NCBI GenBank assembly: GCA_963739455.1 | Contig: CAVUAK010000002.1 | Location: 192,001 to 256,000, forward strand | Direction of reading: 5' to 3' | Source: an uncultured Gemmatimonadales bacterium | GTDB taxonomy: Bacteria > Gemmatimonadota > Gemmatimonadetes > Gemmatimonadales > GWC2-71-9 | Length of the DNA: 64,000 nucleotides | Shown: positions 33,305 through 48,199 of the stretch, one piece after another | Layout: every line of letters begins with the position of its first letter | Numbering within the stretch: position 1 is the first letter of the stretch | Position numbers and translations under genes: made by a program | Notes under the pieces: model-generated | Told to the model about the DNA's origin: nothing | What the model saw: only the letters and a program-made list of their open reading frames with translations | Database searches by the model: none

Positions 33305-34338
33305 GTTGTCGTCGCTGCACGCAGCTTTTGTAGCGCGTCCATCCCCTTCCCCGCATCCAGCGCCGCAGTGGCGCGCGCCAGCGACTCCTCGAAGGACCAC
33401 CCGCGACCCGACACGTAGAGTGCCGCCGCCGCATTGAGGCGCAGGGCATCACGGGCTGCGCCGCGCTCGCTCCCATTCAGGACCGCCTCGATCTGCGCCG
33501 CATTCTCTTCCGGTTCTCCCCCGGCCAGGTCGCGCACGCGACCCTCCGCGATACCGAGCTTCCCGGGTTCGATGGTCCACTCAGTCACGCGGCCGTCACG
33601 AATCTCCCAGGCCAGGCTGGGTCCGAGCGGGGAAATCTCGTCCATCCCCTCTGCCCCGTGCACCACGAGTGCGTGCCGTGCCCCGAGTGACACCAGCGCC
33701 TCTGCCAGTAACGGCGCCCGGTCACGATCGGACACGCCCAGCACCTGTCGCGTGACACCTGCCGGATTCGCCAGTGGCCCGAGCAGGTTCATGATGGTGG
33801 CAACGCCGAGTTCCCGTCTTACCGCCGCTGCGTGGCGCATGGCCGGATGAAAGGTTGGCGCAAAGAGAAACACGATTCCCGCCGCCTCGAGCACGCGCGG
33901 TACGTCTGAAGGCGGCGTAGGGACCGTGACTCCGAGTGCCTCGAGCACGTCGGCGGAACCTGAACGACTGGTGAAGCTTCGGTTCCCGTGCTTCGCGACC
34001 GGCACGCCGGCGCCCGCGACAATGAACGCGGCCCCTGTCGAGATATTGAAGGTCCCGGCCCGACCGCCGCCGGTACCGCAGGTGTCGACCATGTCATCAG
34101 CGCCCTCCAGGGCCAGCGCGGACATCGCGCGTCTCAGGGCCCGGGCGGCGCCGGCGACTTCTTCGGCGGACTCTCCCTTGTTCCGGAGCCCCATCAGCAG
34201 GGCGGCGATCTGGGGCGGAGTCGCGTTGCCCTGCATCACGACGTCGAATGCTGCGCCGGCCTCCGCGCCGGTCAACGACCGGCCCGCCGCGAGGCGGTCC
34301 AGCGCGTAACTAATCGGGCTTGATGTGGTGTCGGGCAC
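33289..34338 (-). CDS. trpD: Anthranilate phosphoribosyltransferase
   Basis: DTCGTGG..FNIST, KHGNRS..SGSADVLEALG, FHPAM, NLLGPLANP, GMDEIS. Confidence 0.97.
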   Translation of the reverse strand: MPDTTSSPISYALDRLAAGRSLTGAEAGAAFDVVMQGNATPPQIAALLMGLRNKGESAEEVAGAARALRRAMSALALEGADDMVDTCGTGGGRAGTFNISTGAAFIVAGAGVPVAKHGNRSFTSRSGSADVLEALGVTVPTPPSDVPRVLEAAGIVFLFAPTFHPAMRHAAAVRRELGVATIMNLLGPLANPAGVTRQVLGVSDRDRAPLLAEALVSLGARHALVVHGAEGMDEISPLGPSLAWEIRDGRVTEWTIEPGKLGIAEGRVRDLAGGEPEENAAQIEAVLNGSERGAARDALRLNAAAALYVSGRGWSFEESLARATAALDAGKGMDALQKLRAATTTGTGN

Positions 34339-34370
34339 GGGCGACCGGGGTGGCGGAAGAAGGCCGGGAA

Positions 34371-34410
34371 AGCGTAGGGGGTCGCGCGGGCTTTTGTCAA
34401 TCAAGACAAA
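34371..34410 (-). promoter_or_regulatory. Sigma70-like promoter for trpD overlapped by a palindrome
   Basis: Minus strand TTGACA (34400-34395)-N18-TACGCT (34376-34371); palindrome TTTGTC-N6-GACAAA at 34393-34410. Confidence 0.5.
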
Positions 34411-34460
34411 GAGTTGCGACGCTTGTTTAGGGGGGCGGTGGCGGCTAGATTCTGGCGGTC

Positions 34461-35261
34461 ATGAGTCGGTCCTTCCTCGCGCTGATCCACTTCGACGGCA
34501 CCGAGTTCCTCGGGTGGCAGCGACAGGCAACGGGCCGGACTGTGCAGGGCGAAGTTGAACGGGTCCTGGCGCGCCTCGCGGACCGTCACGTCGCTGCCCA
34601 TGGGGCAGGACGCACTGACGCGGGCGTTCATGCGCTGGGTCTGGCGGTCAGCTTCGCAATGCCTGAATCATGGACGCCCGACGCGCTCCGCCGGGCCCTC
34701 AATGCCCTCCTCCCCCGCGACATATGGGTCGCCGCGCTCTCCGAGATGCGCGCTGGCTTCCACGCGCGCAAGCACGCGGAGAGCCGCCGGTACCGCTACG
34801 ACATCGGTTGCGACCAGGCCTCAAGCAGTCCATTCCGCCGCAAGTTCGAGTGGGCGCTTGGTCGTGCCCTCGATCGCTCGCTGCTCGAGCAATCCGCCGC
34901 CGCTGTTGCCGGCGAGCATGACTTCCGGGCTTTCTCGGCGCGCACCGAACCCAAGCCGCACTACGATTGCCGCATCCGTGAGGCGCGCTGGGAACAGCGA
35001 CCGCACGACCATGGCTGGTCATTCCACGTCGAGGCTGACCGGTTCCTGCAGCACATGGTGCGCATGCTGGTCGGCACCATGACCGACATCGCGCTCGGGC
35101 GGCGGCCGATCGACGACATGTCCCGCCTGCTCGCCCGCACCGACAACAGCGAGACCAGCCCGCCTGCCCCGCCGCAGGGGCTCTATTTCGTGCGCGCTGC
35201 ATATCCCGAGGCGCTCTTCAATCTCGAAGGGCCTGTGGCGGGGGCGGTGGCATCGGCATGA
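34461..35261 (+). CDS. truA: tRNA pseudouridine(38-40) synthase
   Basis: FDGTEFLGWQRQ, GAGRTDAGVHA, FHAR, GEHDFRAF, FLQHMVR. Confidence 0.96.
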   Translation: MSRSFLALIHFDGTEFLGWQRQATGRTVQGEVERVLARLADRHVAAHGAGRTDAGVHALGLAVSFAMPESWTPDALRRALNALLPRDIWVAALSEMRAGFHARKHAESRRYRYDIGCDQASSSPFRRKFEWALGRALDRSLLEQSAAAVAGEHDFRAFSARTEPKPHYDCRIREARWEQRPHDHGWSFHVEADRFLQHMVRMLVGTMTDIALGRRPIDDMSRLLARTDNSETSPPAPPQGLYFVRAAYPEALFNLEGPVAGAVASA

Positions 35262-36634
35262 CCCGCACCCGACTCGCGCTCATCGCGCTTGCGCTCGCGA
35301 CCTGGGGACGGGCCGAGGCGCAGGCGAAGCCGCCGGCGCAACAGCCGATCGACCAGTCGCGCCGCACCGCCATCGTCACCTCAGCGGCGAGAGTGTCCCC
35401 GTCCGTCGTGTCGGTGGGCGTGGTCGGGCGCCGGCGAGTGCAGCAGTCGCCCTTCGACATGTTCTTCGCCCCGGAGGGGAATGAGCAGCAGGTGCAGAGC
35501 TTCGGCACCGGGTTCGTCGTGCGCTCCGACGGCGTGATCATCACGAACCAGCACGTGGTCGAGGGCGCCGACCAGATCACGGTGACGCTGTCCGATGGCA
35601 CCGATGTGGTGGCAACACTGGTTGGCGAGGACGCCACCACCGACATCGCGGTACTGAAGGTGCCGCGCACGGGCCTGCCGGTGCCGCCGCTTGGCAACAG
35701 CGAAGACCTGATGATCGGTGAATGGCTGGTGGCCCTCGGCAACCCCTATCGGTTCCTGCTCAGCAACGTCGAGCCCACCGTCACGGCCGGCGTCGTGAGC
35801 GCGGTGGGCCGGAACATCCTCCCGACGGGAGAGCAGCCGGGCCTGTACCTCGACATGATCCAGACCGACGCGGCAATCAACCCTGGCAACTCCGGTGGTC
35901 CGCTTGCCAACGCGCTGGGCCAGGTGGTCGGCGTCAACGCATCGATCTTCTCGAGCAGTGGCGGCTCGATCGGTCTCGGCTTTGCCATCCCGATCGAGCG
36001 CGCAATGCGGGTCACCGAGGAAATCCTGCGCCGGGGCGAGATGCACCGCGCATGGACGGGCATCGAGGTGGCCGGCGCGCGGCAGATGCAGCTCACCCGC
36101 TCGCCCGACGGGCTCCGCATCGAGGCGGTCGCGACTGGCAGCCCGGCGGCCATTGCCGGACTCAAGACGGGTGACATCCTGGTACTGGCGAATGGACAGA
36201 GGATGCGCACGTGGCTCGACTGGGAGGCGGTCAAGCTCGACGTCGCGGTGGGTGACACCGTCCTGGTCGAGGTGAAGAGCGCCGGCGGGCCGGCGGTGCG
36301 CCGTCGGATCCGCACCGGCGAGCTGCCGAGCGTCACCGCCGAGAAGGTGCCGGCGCTGCAGGACATCCAGCTGGTTACCGTGACGCCGGCGATCCGCGCT
36401 GAGCGTCACATTGCCGCCGAGCAGGGCGCGCTCATCTTCAGCATCTCCCCCGATGCGGCGCGTCTCACCGGCCTTCAGGGTGGCGACGTGATCCTGGCGA
36501 TCAACAACGCGCGCGTCGAGGATGCGACCGGTGTCGGGGCCAGCATTGAACGCTTGCGCCCCGCGCGCGGCTTTCGCGTCTTCTTCGAGCGCGATCGTCG
36601 CATACGCTTCACCGACCTCTCATTCTCCTCATGA
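35258..36634 (+). CDS. HtrA/DegP-family serine protease with two PDZ domains
   Basis: Signal peptide; GTGF, ITNQHV, DIAVLK, IQTDAAINPGNSGGP; PDZ motifs GLKTGD and GLQGGD. Confidence 0.93.
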   Translation: MTRTRLALIALALATWGRAEAQAKPPAQQPIDQSRRTAIVTSAARVSPSVVSVGVVGRRRVQQSPFDMFFAPEGNEQQVQSFGTGFVVRSDGVIITNQHVVEGADQITVTLSDGTDVVATLVGEDATTDIAVLKVPRTGLPVPPLGNSEDLMIGEWLVALGNPYRFLLSNVEPTVTAGVVSAVGRNILPTGEQPGLYLDMIQTDAAINPGNSGGPLANALGQVVGVNASIFSSSGGSIGLGFAIPIERAMRVTEEILRRGEMHRAWTGIEVAGARQMQLTRSPDGLRIEAVATGSPAAIAGLKTGDILVLANGQRMRTWLDWEAVKLDVAVGDTVLVEVKSAGGPAVRRRIRTGELPSVTAEKVPALQDIQLVTVTPAIRAERHIAAEQGALIFSISPDAARLTGLQGGDVILAINNARVEDATGVGASIERLRPARGFRVFFERDRRIRFTDLSFSS

Positions 36635-38070
36635 CAGACGACCGCTACCGCTCGCCGCTCGGCACTCGCTATGCCTCCGCCGCCATGCAGGCGCTCTGGG
36701 GCGATCGTCACCGTGTGTCGCTCTGGCGCCGGCTCTGGCTGGCCCTGGCAGAGTCGGAGCGGGAACTCGGCCTCGCCATTCCCGGGGAGGCGATCGCGGA
36801 CATGCGAGCGCATCTCGACGATGCCGACCTCGAGGTCGCGGCGAAGTACGAGCGCCGGTTCCGTCACGACGTAATGGCACACGTCCACGCGTTCGGTGAC
36901 CAGGCGGTGACGGCGCGCCCGTTCATCCATCTTGGCGCCACGAGCGCATTCGTCACCGACAACGCGGACCTGGTTGTCATGCGCGAGGGTCTTCGCCTCG
37001 TGCTCGGCCGCCTCGTCGCGCTGCTCGGCGCACTGGACACCTTTGCCATCCGCTACGCCACCGTTCCCTGCCTTGCCTACACGCACTTCCAGCCGGCCCA
37101 GCTCACGACGGTGGGCAAGCGGGCGACATTGTGGATGCAGGACCTCGCGCTCGACGTGGAGGAGACTTGCCATCGCCTCGAGACGCTGCGCTTCCACGGC
37201 TGCAAGGGGACCACGGGTACCCAGGCCTCGTTCCTGGAGCTCTTCAAGGGCGACCACGAGAAGGTGCGCGAGCTCGATCGCCGCATCGCGGCCAGGATGG
37301 GCTTTGACGAGACCTTCGCCGTCTCCGGGCAGACGTACCCGCGCAAGATCGACTCGCAGGTCCTCGATGTACTGAGCGGCGTCGCGCAGTCGTCCGCCAA
37401 GATGGGATCGGACCTGCGGCTCCTGCAGCATGAGGGCGAGCTGCTCGAGCCGTTCGAGTCGGAGCAGATCGGCTCCAGTGCCATGGCGTACAAGCGGAAC
37501 CCGATGCGTGCCGAGCGGATCTGCAGCCTTGCGCGGTTCGTCATCTCGCTCCAGGCCAATGGCGCCCACACCGCTGCCAATCAATGGCTCGAGCGCACGC
37601 TCGACGACAGCGCCAACCGCCGGCTCACGCTCCCCGAGGCGTTCCTCGCCACCGATGCGATACTCGTGCTGGCGACCAACGTGGCGGCCGGGCTCGAGGT
37701 GCGGGAGGCTGTGGTACGGAAACACGTCGACGAACAGATGCCGTTCATGGCGACCGAACGCTGGCTCATGCTGGGCGTGGGCCAGGGCGGCGACCGGCAG
37801 GAACTGCACGAGGTCATTCGCAAGCACAGCCTCGCCGTGGCGGATGCGGTGAGCGCCGGCGCACCGAACGACCTGCTCGACCGGCTCGGCAAGGACAAGG
37901 CGTTCTCCAAAGTGCCGTCTGCCTCACTGCAGGCCGAACTCGAGCCGCACCGCTACACCGGTCGCTCGATCCAGCAGGTGCAGGAGTTCACGCGCGACTA
38001 CCTCCCGCCGCTGCTTGCACGGGCACGCGCGCTGGCAGCCGAAGCGGGCAATGCGGAGGTGCGGGTATGA
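36631..38070 (+). CDS. purB: Adenylosuccinate lyase
   Basis: [40 protein letters not shown]. Confidence 0.96.
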   Translation: MTDDRYRSPLGTRYASAAMQALWGDRHRVSLWRRLWLALAESERELGLAIPGEAIADMRAHLDDADLEVAAKYERRFRHDVMAHVHAFGDQAVTARPFIHLGATSAFVTDNADLVVMREGLRLVLGRLVALLGALDTFAIRYATVPCLAYTHFQPAQLTTVGKRATLWMQDLALDVEETCHRLETLRFHGCKGTTGTQASFLELFKGDHEKVRELDRRIAARMGFDETFAVSGQTYPRKIDSQVLDVLSGVAQSSAKMGSDLRLLQHEGELLEPFESEQIGSSAMAYKRNPMRAERICSLARFVISLQANGAHTAANQWLERTLDDSANRRLTLPEAFLATDAILVLATNVAAGLEVREAVVRKHVDEQMPFMATERWLMLGVGQGGDRQELHEVIRKHSLAVADAVSAGAPNDLLDRLGKDKAFSKVPSASLQAELEPHRYTGRSIQQVQEFTRDYLPPLLARARALAAEAGNAEVRV

Positions 38071-38990
38071 CCGCGGCACTCCACGCCTCCTCCCTGCCCC
38101 TGCCGCTGGTGCGGCGCGGCAAGGTGCGGGAGGTGTACGATGCCGGCCCCGACGCGCTGCTCCTGGTGGCGAGCGACCGCGTCAGTGCCTTCGATGTCGT
38201 CATGAACGAGGCGGTGCCCTTCAAGGGTGCCGTGCTCACCCAGATGTCCGCCTTCTGGTTCGGTCACCTGGAGAAGGCGGCCCCCTCGCACTTCATCACC
38301 GCGTGCAGGGACGAGATCATCGAGCGCCTTCCGGCCCTGGCATCATCCCGCGACCAGCTCGCCGGGCGGGCCATGCTGGTGCGCCGTACTGAACCGGTGC
38401 CCTTCGAGTGCGTCGTGCGTGGCTATCTCAGTGGTTCGGCCTGGCAGGAGTACCGCACGGGCGGCACGCTCGCCGGCGAGCCACTCCCCACGGGACTGCT
38501 GGAGAGTGCGCGGCTCGACCCGGCGCTCTTCTCGCCTGCCACCAAGGCGGAGTCGGGGCACGACGTCAACGTGACCTATGCCGCCGTGGCAGATGCGCTG
38601 GGCGCCGATGTTGCACTACGCCTCCGCACACTGAGCTTCGCCGTCTACACTGCTGGTCGCGACTATGCCGCCGGCCGGGGGATCATCATCGCCGACACCA
38701 AGTTCGAGTTCGGCCATGCACCCGATGGCAGCCTGCTGCTCATCGACGAGGTGCTGACGCCCGATTCCTCCCGCTTCTGGCCGGCCGATCGATACGCGCC
38801 CGGTGGCACGCAGCCGAGCTTCGACAAGCAGCCGCTGCGCGACTACCTCGCGACGCTCAAGCAGGCCGGCAAGTGGAATGGCGAGGCGCCTCCACCTCCG
38901 CTCCCCGCCGAGGTCATCGCCGCCACCAGCGCGCGCTATCTCGAGGCGTACCGGCTCCTCACCGGCCGCGAACTGGGCGCCGAGGCATGA
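38067..38990 (+). CDS. purC: SAICAR synthase
   Basis: [46 protein letters not shown]. Confidence 0.96.
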   Translation: MTAALHASSLPLPLVRRGKVREVYDAGPDALLLVASDRVSAFDVVMNEAVPFKGAVLTQMSAFWFGHLEKAAPSHFITACRDEIIERLPALASSRDQLAGRAMLVRRTEPVPFECVVRGYLSGSAWQEYRTGGTLAGEPLPTGLLESARLDPALFSPATKAESGHDVNVTYAAVADALGADVALRLRTLSFAVYTAGRDYAAGRGIIIADTKFEFGHAPDGSLLLIDEVLTPDSSRFWPADRYAPGGTQPSFDKQPLRDYLATLKQAGKWNGEAPPPPLPAEVIAATSARYLEAYRLLTGRELGAEA

Positions 38991-39613
38991 TCAAGGTCGC
39001 GCCTGAGGGGAAGCCGTTCATCATTGGCGCCTTCGTCATTTTCGGCCTGCTGCTCGTCTTCACCCACTGGTGGGCACTGCTCTGGCTGCCCATCGCCATC
39101 TGGGTGGTGGCGTTCTTCCGCGATCCCCCACGGGACGGCGAGCGCGGTCCTGACCTGGCCATCGCGCCGGCCGACGGGCTCGTCGTCGATGTGCGCGAAA
39201 TCGACGAACCGTCATTCATTGGTGGCAAGGCGCTGCGGGTCTGCATCTTCATGAACGTCTTCGATTGCCACGTCAACAGGTATCCCCTGGGCGGTAGCGT
39301 GGCATATCGTCACTACAACCCGGGCAAGTTCCTGAACGCCGCCGACGAGAAGTCGAGCCTCGAGAATGAGCAGTCGTCCGTGGGGCTCGACACAGCCCAT
39401 GGACGCATCCTGGTGCGCCAGATCGCGGGGCTCATCGCCCGGCGCATCATCACCGATCATCCGGTCGGTACCGTGGCGCAGCAGGGCGAGCGGCTGGGCC
39501 TGATCCGGTTTGGTTCTCGCGTCGACCTATTCCTGCCGACCGACGCGCGCGTGCTGGTCCAGCGCGGCATGCGCACGAAGTGCGGCCTCACCGTGGTGGC
39601 ACGATGGAACTGA
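38987..39613 (+). CDS. psd: Phosphatidylserine decarboxylase proenzyme
   Basis: [37 protein letters not shown]. Confidence 0.93.
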   Translation: MIKVAPEGKPFIIGAFVIFGLLLVFTHWWALLWLPIAIWVVAFFRDPPRDGERGPDLAIAPADGLVVDVREIDEPSFIGGKALRVCIFMNVFDCHVNRYPLGGSVAYRHYNPGKFLNAADEKSSLENEQSSVGLDTAHGRILVRQIAGLIARRIITDHPVGTVAQQGERLGLIRFGSRVDLFLPTDARVLVQRGMRTKCGLTVVARWN

Positions 39614-40452
39614 GACCCAAGGGCGGCGGCCTGCAGCGGCCGATGCGGCAAGTAGTGGTGGTGATGCCGAGCGCGTTCACTCTCGGCAACCTGTTCTTCG
39701 GGTTCTGGGCGATCATCTCGGCCTACAACGGGAACTTCCGCTGGGCCGGCTGGTTCATCGTGTTCGCCGGCATCCTGGATGTGCTCGACGGGCGCATCGC
39801 CCGGCTGGCCAAGACCAGCAGCCGGTTCGGCGAGGAACTCGACTCGCTCATCGACCTCGTCTCGTTCGGCGTGGCACCGGCGCTCATCATGTACTTCCTC
39901 GAGTTCAATGCCGCGGGGAAGTTCGCGTGGGTGCTCTGCTGGATTTACGTGGTGGCGGCGGCAATCCGGCTCGCCCGCTTCAACGTGGCATCAGCCGGCA
40001 AGCCCGGTGCCTGGTTCACGGGCATCCCGTCGCCCGCTGCCGGCATGACCCTGGCCTGCTACTACCCGTTCACCCAGACGCCGTGGTATCGAGCCTCGCT
40101 TGCGTACCTCGACCTGCAGCACCAGGGGCTCGTGCTCCTGATGCTGGTGCTCGGTGTGCTGATGGTCAGCAACGTGAAGTACCCGAAGATGCCGGGGTTC
40201 AGCTTCCGGACTGGTCGCCAGACCGCCGTCACGCTCCTCGTGCTGGGCTGCATGGTTGCGGCCCTCATCAAGCCCGACGCCGTGCTGTTCCCGCTCGGGC
40301 TCGCGTATGCACTGTTTGGCGTGGTCCGCGGGGCGCTGCTCGGCCTCATGGAGCGCCATGAACCTGAAGTGACCGCCACCGGCGATGACGGCGGCGGTGA
40401 GATCACCTCCCTCAGTCGCGAGCGCCGGGAGCGCCGCAAGGAGATGGAATGA
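39604..40452 (+). CDS. pssA: CDP-diacylglycerol-serine O-phosphatidyltransferase
   Basis: DVLDGRIAR..FGEELDSLIDLVSFGVAP, RLARFN. Confidence 0.93.
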   Translation: MELRPKGGGLQRPMRQVVVVMPSAFTLGNLFFGFWAIISAYNGNFRWAGWFIVFAGILDVLDGRIARLAKTSSRFGEELDSLIDLVSFGVAPALIMYFLEFNAAGKFAWVLCWIYVVAAAIRLARFNVASAGKPGAWFTGIPSPAAGMTLACYYPFTQTPWYRASLAYLDLQHQGLVLLMLVLGVLMVSNVKYPKMPGFSFRTGRQTAVTLLVLGCMVAALIKPDAVLFPLGLAYALFGVVRGALLGLMERHEPEVTATGDDGGGEITSLSRERRERRKEME

Positions 40453-40700
40453 CGTACCGGGTCCACGTCCGCGTCATGCCGCGTGCCGGCTTGCTCGATC
40501 CACAGGGTCAGGCGGTCGAGCATGCCCTGAACGCCCTGGGCTTCGCCGAGACGCGCACGGTGCACGTCGGGCGCGCCGTGGAGATCGAGGTCGAGGCCGG
40601 GTCGCGCGACGAGGCCGAGGCACGGGCTCGATTGATGTGCGACCGGTTGCTGGCCAATCCGGTCACCGAGGATTACCAGGTTGAGGTGGAGGCCGACTGA
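40449..40700 (+). CDS. purS: FGAM synthase subunit PurS
   Basis: LDPQGQAV, LLANPVTEDY. Confidence 0.95.
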   Translation: MTYRVHVRVMPRAGLLDPQGQAVEHALNALGFAETRTVHVGRAVEIEVEAGSRDEAEARARLMCDRLLANPVTEDYQVEVEAD

Positions 40701-41401
40701 TGGTGCGCGTCGCCGTAGTCCGGTTTCCCGGCAGCAACTGCGATGAGGATGCTCGCCGCGGGGCAGAACAGAGCGGTGCTGACGCTTACTTCGTCTGGCA
40801 TCGTGACACCTCGCTGCAGGCCGCGGACGTCGTCGTCCTGCCTGGCGGGTTCTCCTACGGCGACTACCTGCGCTCCGGCGCCATCGCCCGCTTCAGCCCG
40901 ATCATGCAGGCGGTCCAGGCACACGCCGCCGCCGGTGGTGCCGTCGTGGGCATCTGCAATGGCTTCCAGATCCTCTGCGAAGCCCACTTGCTGCCCGGCG
41001 CATTGATGCGCAACGGCGGCCTGACCTTCGTGTCGAAGCCGGTGGATTGCATGGTGGAGCGCACCGATACCGTCCTCACCTGGGCCTTCGACCGGAAGAC
41101 GCCGGTGCGGATTCCGGTGGCACATGGCGAGGGGCGCTTCGTCGCCGATGCCGAGACGCTCGCTCGCCTCGAAGGCGAGGGCCAGGTGGTGCTGCGCTAC
41201 CAGAAGCAGGCCCCCGCGGTCGAGGGCAATCCCAACGGTTCAAGCAATGACATAGCCGGCATCTGTAACGCGGCGGGAACCATCGTCGGCATCATGCCAC
41301 ATCCCGAGCGGGTTGTTGATCCCCGCCTTGGCTCGGCAGACGGGTTGCTGTTCATGCGCTCGCTCGCCGGCGTCCGCGCCCTCTCCGGAGCTGCCCGATG
41401 A
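40700..41401 (+). CDS. purQ: FGAM synthase subunit PurQ
   Basis: [31 protein letters not shown]. Confidence 0.96.
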   Translation: MVRVAVVRFPGSNCDEDARRGAEQSGADAYFVWHRDTSLQAADVVVLPGGFSYGDYLRSGAIARFSPIMQAVQAHAAAGGAVVGICNGFQILCEAHLLPGALMRNGGLTFVSKPVDCMVERTDTVLTWAFDRKTPVRIPVAHGEGRFVADAETLARLEGEGQVVLRYQKQAPAVEGNPNGSSNDIAGICNAAGTIVGIMPHPERVVDPRLGSADGLLFMRSLAGVRALSGAAR

Positions 41402-41745
41402 CACGTATCCCAGGATTGCTGGCAACGATGCTGCTGGTGGGTGCCGCCACGACGGCTCACGCCCAGACCCCGGTTCGCCCCGGCATGACGGCGGCGGAAG
41501 TGACCGCCGCATGGGGCGCCCCGACGTCGACCCGCACGCGCGGCAACTACACCTACCTGAACTATCCGTCGTCGTGCATGCCGTCATGCGGCACGCAGGA
41601 CGTCGTGATCCTCCAGGACGGCAAGGTGGTGGACGCGATCGCGCGCTCGAGCAACCATCCCTACGAAGGCCCTTCAAGCCTCACCGGCAAGGCGCCTGGG
41701 TTCACCGACTCCGCCGGCGTCACGACGCCCGCAGCCAAGCCATGA
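41398..41745 (+). CDS. Small secreted protein, SmpA/BamE-like fold
   Basis: Signal peptide [19 protein letters not shown] motif; CxxxC; overlaps both purQ and purL by ATGA. Confidence 0.65.
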   Translation: MTRIPGLLATMLLVGAATTAHAQTPVRPGMTAAEVTAAWGAPTSTRTRGNYTYLNYPSSCMPSCGTQDVVILQDGKVVDAIARSSNHPYEGPSSLTGKAPGFTDSAGVTTPAAKP

Positions 41746-44081
41746 CGACTGCCGATATCATCGATCCTGTCCTCCTCGCTGCGGCGGCCTTTCCTGGCGA
41801 GCGCCTCGTCACGCCCGAGGTGGTGCGAGAGCACAACCTCAACCAGTTCGAGTACGACAAGATCCTCGGACTGCTGGGCCGCGCACCGACGCTGACGGAG
41901 CTCGGTGTCTTCTCGGCGCTCTGGTCCGAGCACTGCTCGTACAAGCACTCGAAGCCGATCCTCAAGAAGTTCCCGACGACCGGGCCGGCGGTGGTCCAGG
42001 GTCCCGGCGAGAATGCCGGCGTGCTGCGGCTCAAGGATGGCTGGGCCGTGGCCTTCAAGATCGAGTCGCACAACCACCCATCGGCGGTGGAGCCGTACCA
42101 GGGCGCGGCGACCGGCGTCGGCGGGATCCTGCGCGACGTCTTCACCATGGGCGCCCGGCCGGTCGCGATGCTCAACAGCCTGCGGTTCGGCTCCCTCGAC
42201 ACCGCGCGCAATCGCTATCTCTTCGCCGGCGTCGTGCAGCGGTGTTGGCGACTACGGCAACTGCGTCGGCATCCCGACGCTGGGCGGCGAGGTCAACTTC
42301 GCCGACGGGATACAGCGGGCAATCCGCTGGTCAACGCGATGTGCGTCGGCCTCCTGCGCGAGGACGAGCTGATCACGCGCGCGGGCGCACGGCGTCGGCA
42401 ACGTGCTGCTCGCGGTCGGAGCGCGCACCGGCCGCGACGGCATTCACGGCGCCAGCTTCGCCTCCGAGGAACTGTCCGAGAAGAGCGAGGCGCGCCGTCC
42501 GCAGGTGCAGGTGGGCGACCCCTTCACGCGAGAAGCTGCTGCTCGAGGCCAGCCTGGAGCTGATCCACGGCGGCTACATCGTCGCCATCCAGGACATGGG
42601 TGCCGCGGGCCTCACCAGTTCGTCCGCCGAGATGGCGGCGCGCGGCGGTGTCGGCGTCGCAGATCGACACCGCCCTGGTGCCGATGCGCGAAGCCGGGCA
42701 TGACGCCGTACGAGATCCTGCTCTCCGAGTCGCAGGAGCGGATGCTGGTCGTGGCCGAGCCGGGCCGCGTCGCCGAGGTGCAGGCGGTCTGCGCCAAGTG
42801 GGAACTCGGTGCCACGCCGATCGGCCACGTCACCGACGACGGTGTCTTCCGGGTGACGCACGCCGGGCTCACCGTCGTCGCGATTCCCGGCCAGCGCCTC
42901 GTTGACGATGCCCGGTCTACTATCCCGAGGCCCGCGAGGCCGAGGCCGCCATCGCCCGCCGCGCCGCGGCGCCACCGCGCGCGAGCCGGCGCCAGCATCG
43001 AGGGCGACCTGCAGCGCACTGCTCGACACGCCGACCATCGCGAGCAAGCGCTGGGTGTACGAGCAGTACGACTCGACGGTCCAGGCATCCACGGCGCTCG
43101 GCCCGGGCAGCGATGCCGGCGTCGCGCAGGTGCCCGGCACCAGACTTCGGCATCGCCGTCACGGTCGACTGCAACGGCCGGCTACGTGGCTCTCGACCCC
43201 TACGAGGGCGGCAAGGCGACGGTGGCCGAGGCAGCGCGCAACATCGCCTGCACCGGCGCGCGTCCCACTGGGCATCACGGACTGCCTCAACTTCGGCAAC
43301 CCGGAGAAGCCCGAGGTGTTCTTCCAGTTTCGCGAGGCGTGCCGCGGCATCGCCGATGCCTGCCTCGCGTTCGGCACGCCGGTCACCGGCGGCAACGTCT
43401 CGTTCTACAATGAGAACCCGACCGGCGCCATCGACCCGACGCCGACCGTCGGCATGGTGGGCCTGCTCGAGTCGACTCGACTGCCGCGTGAGCAGCTTCT
43501 TCCGCAACAGGGCGACGCCATCCTCCTCCTCGGCGACACCGACGGGCGCGCTGGGCGGCTCCGCACTCTGGGCCGAGCTCGACGGCTTCGTCGGCGGCGC
43601 CCCGGCCCCGGTGGATCTCGCGGCCGAGCGTGAAGCTGCAGCATTTCCTGGTCGACGGCGGCCCGCGAGCAGCTCCTCCGCTCGGCCCACGACTGCAGCG
43701 AGGGCGGCCTCGCCGTGGCGCTGGCCGAGTGCGCCATCGGCGGCCCGTATGCGCCTGCCGCGATCGGCGCGCACGATCGACCTCACGGCCTACGCGGGCG
43801 CGCTCGATCCGCAGCGCGCTGCTGTTCGGCGAGGACCACGGGCGCGTCGTGGTCACCTGTTCCCGCACCCAGGTCGACCGGGTGGTCGCGCTGGCCGCGG
43901 AGCACGGCGTTCCCGCGACAGCGGTCGGAGACGTCGGCGAACGGCGACGGCCCTCTCGTGATCGCAGGCGGGCAGCGGCAGCTGGCAATGGCCGGTGGAC
44001 GAGCTCCGCCGCATCTACTTCGACGCGATCCCGCGGCGACTGGCAGCAGGTCGCGCACGGATGCGGCGTTGGAGGCGCTGA
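41742..44081 (+). CDS. purL: FGAM synthase subunit PurL (many frameshifts after ~42240; end approximate)
   Basis: [72 protein letters not shown] in shifting frames. Confidence 0.92.
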
Positions 44082-44084
44082 CCG

Positions 44085-45492
44085 ATGTGCGGCATCTTCG
44101 GCGTCTCGGAGGTTCCCGAGGCGGCGCGGCTCACCTACCTCGGCCTGTACGCGCTGCAGCACCGCGGCCAGGAGAGCGCCGGCATCGTCGCCGTCGATCG
44201 CGAGGGCCAGGCCACGGGTCCACCGCGGCATGGGGCTCGTGTCGCGAGAACTTCGCCGAGACCGGTCATGACGCGCCTCGCCGGCGACGTCGCGGTCGGC
44301 CACACCCGCTACTCCACCGCCGGCAGCATCGGTCCTCGCCAATGCCCAGCCGCTGCTTCGCGAACTACGCGCGCGGCCCGCTGTCGCGTCGCGCACAACG
44401 GCAACCTGACCAACGCCGCCGAGCTGCGCCGCGAGCTGGTGGACCAGGGCGCGATCTTCACGTCCTCGACCGACACCGAGTGCCTGGTCCACCTCATCGC
44501 CCGCTCCGAGCGCGCCGACCGATGGAAGGCCAGATCCGCGAGGCCCTCGAGCCGGGCCGAGGGCGCCTACAGCCCTGGTGATCGGTGCGGGCGGGACGCT
44601 CTTCGCCGCGTGGATCCGCACGGCTTCCGCCCGCTCGTGCTCGGCCGCCTCGGCGACGGCGTCGTCGTCGCCTCCGAGACCTGCGCCCTCGACCTGATCG
44701 GCGCCACGATCATCCGCGAGCTGCAGCCGGGCGAGTTCGTCCGGATCGTGGACGGCGCAGGTCGACGAACGCTGCGCGCCCCTGCCCCGGCGCCGGTCAG
44801 CCGCTGCGTCTTCGAGCTGGTGTACTTCGCCCGGCCCGACAGCACCGATCTTCGGCGAGCTCGGTCGACGCGGTGCGCCGCGAGCTCGGCCGCCAGCTCG
44901 CCGTCGAGCACCCGGCGCCCGGGGCCGACGTCGTGTTCGCGTCCCCGACAGCGCCAACGCGATGGCGCTCGGCTTCACCGAGGTATCCGGCATCAAGCTC
45001 GAGTACGGGCTGATCCGCAATCACTACGTCGGCCGCACCTTCATCAATCCGACGCAGGCGCTGCGCGTGGCCAAGGTCAAGATCAAGTTCAACCCGGTGC
45101 GCGAGGTCATCGAGGGCCGGTCGGTGGTCATGGTCGACGACACCCTCGTGCGCGGCACCACCAGCAAGGGACTGGTGCAGATGATCCGCGCGGCCGGCGC
45201 CCGCGAGGTGCACCTCCGGCTCGGCTCGCCGCCGATCACCGGGCCCGTGCCACTACGGCATCGACACGCCGACCCGCGAGGAGCTGATCGCCGCCACCCA
45301 CTCGGTCGGAGGAGATCCGCGACTACCTCGGCGTGGATTCGCTCGGCTACCTCTCGCTCGATGGCATGCTGGATGCAGCAGGGCGCAGCACCGGCTTCTG
45401 CCATGCCTGCTTCTCCGGCCAGTACCCGACGCCCGATCACGGACGAACTGGTGCAGCTTCGCCACGCCGCCCCGCTCGCCGCCGACGCTCGT

Positions 45493-45496
<4 letters not shown>
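44085..45496 (+). CDS. purF: Amidophosphoribosyltransferase (many frameshifts)
   Basis: [59 protein letters not shown]. Confidence 0.93.
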
Positions 45497-48193
<2,697 letters not shown>

Positions 48194-48199
48194 TGCGGG

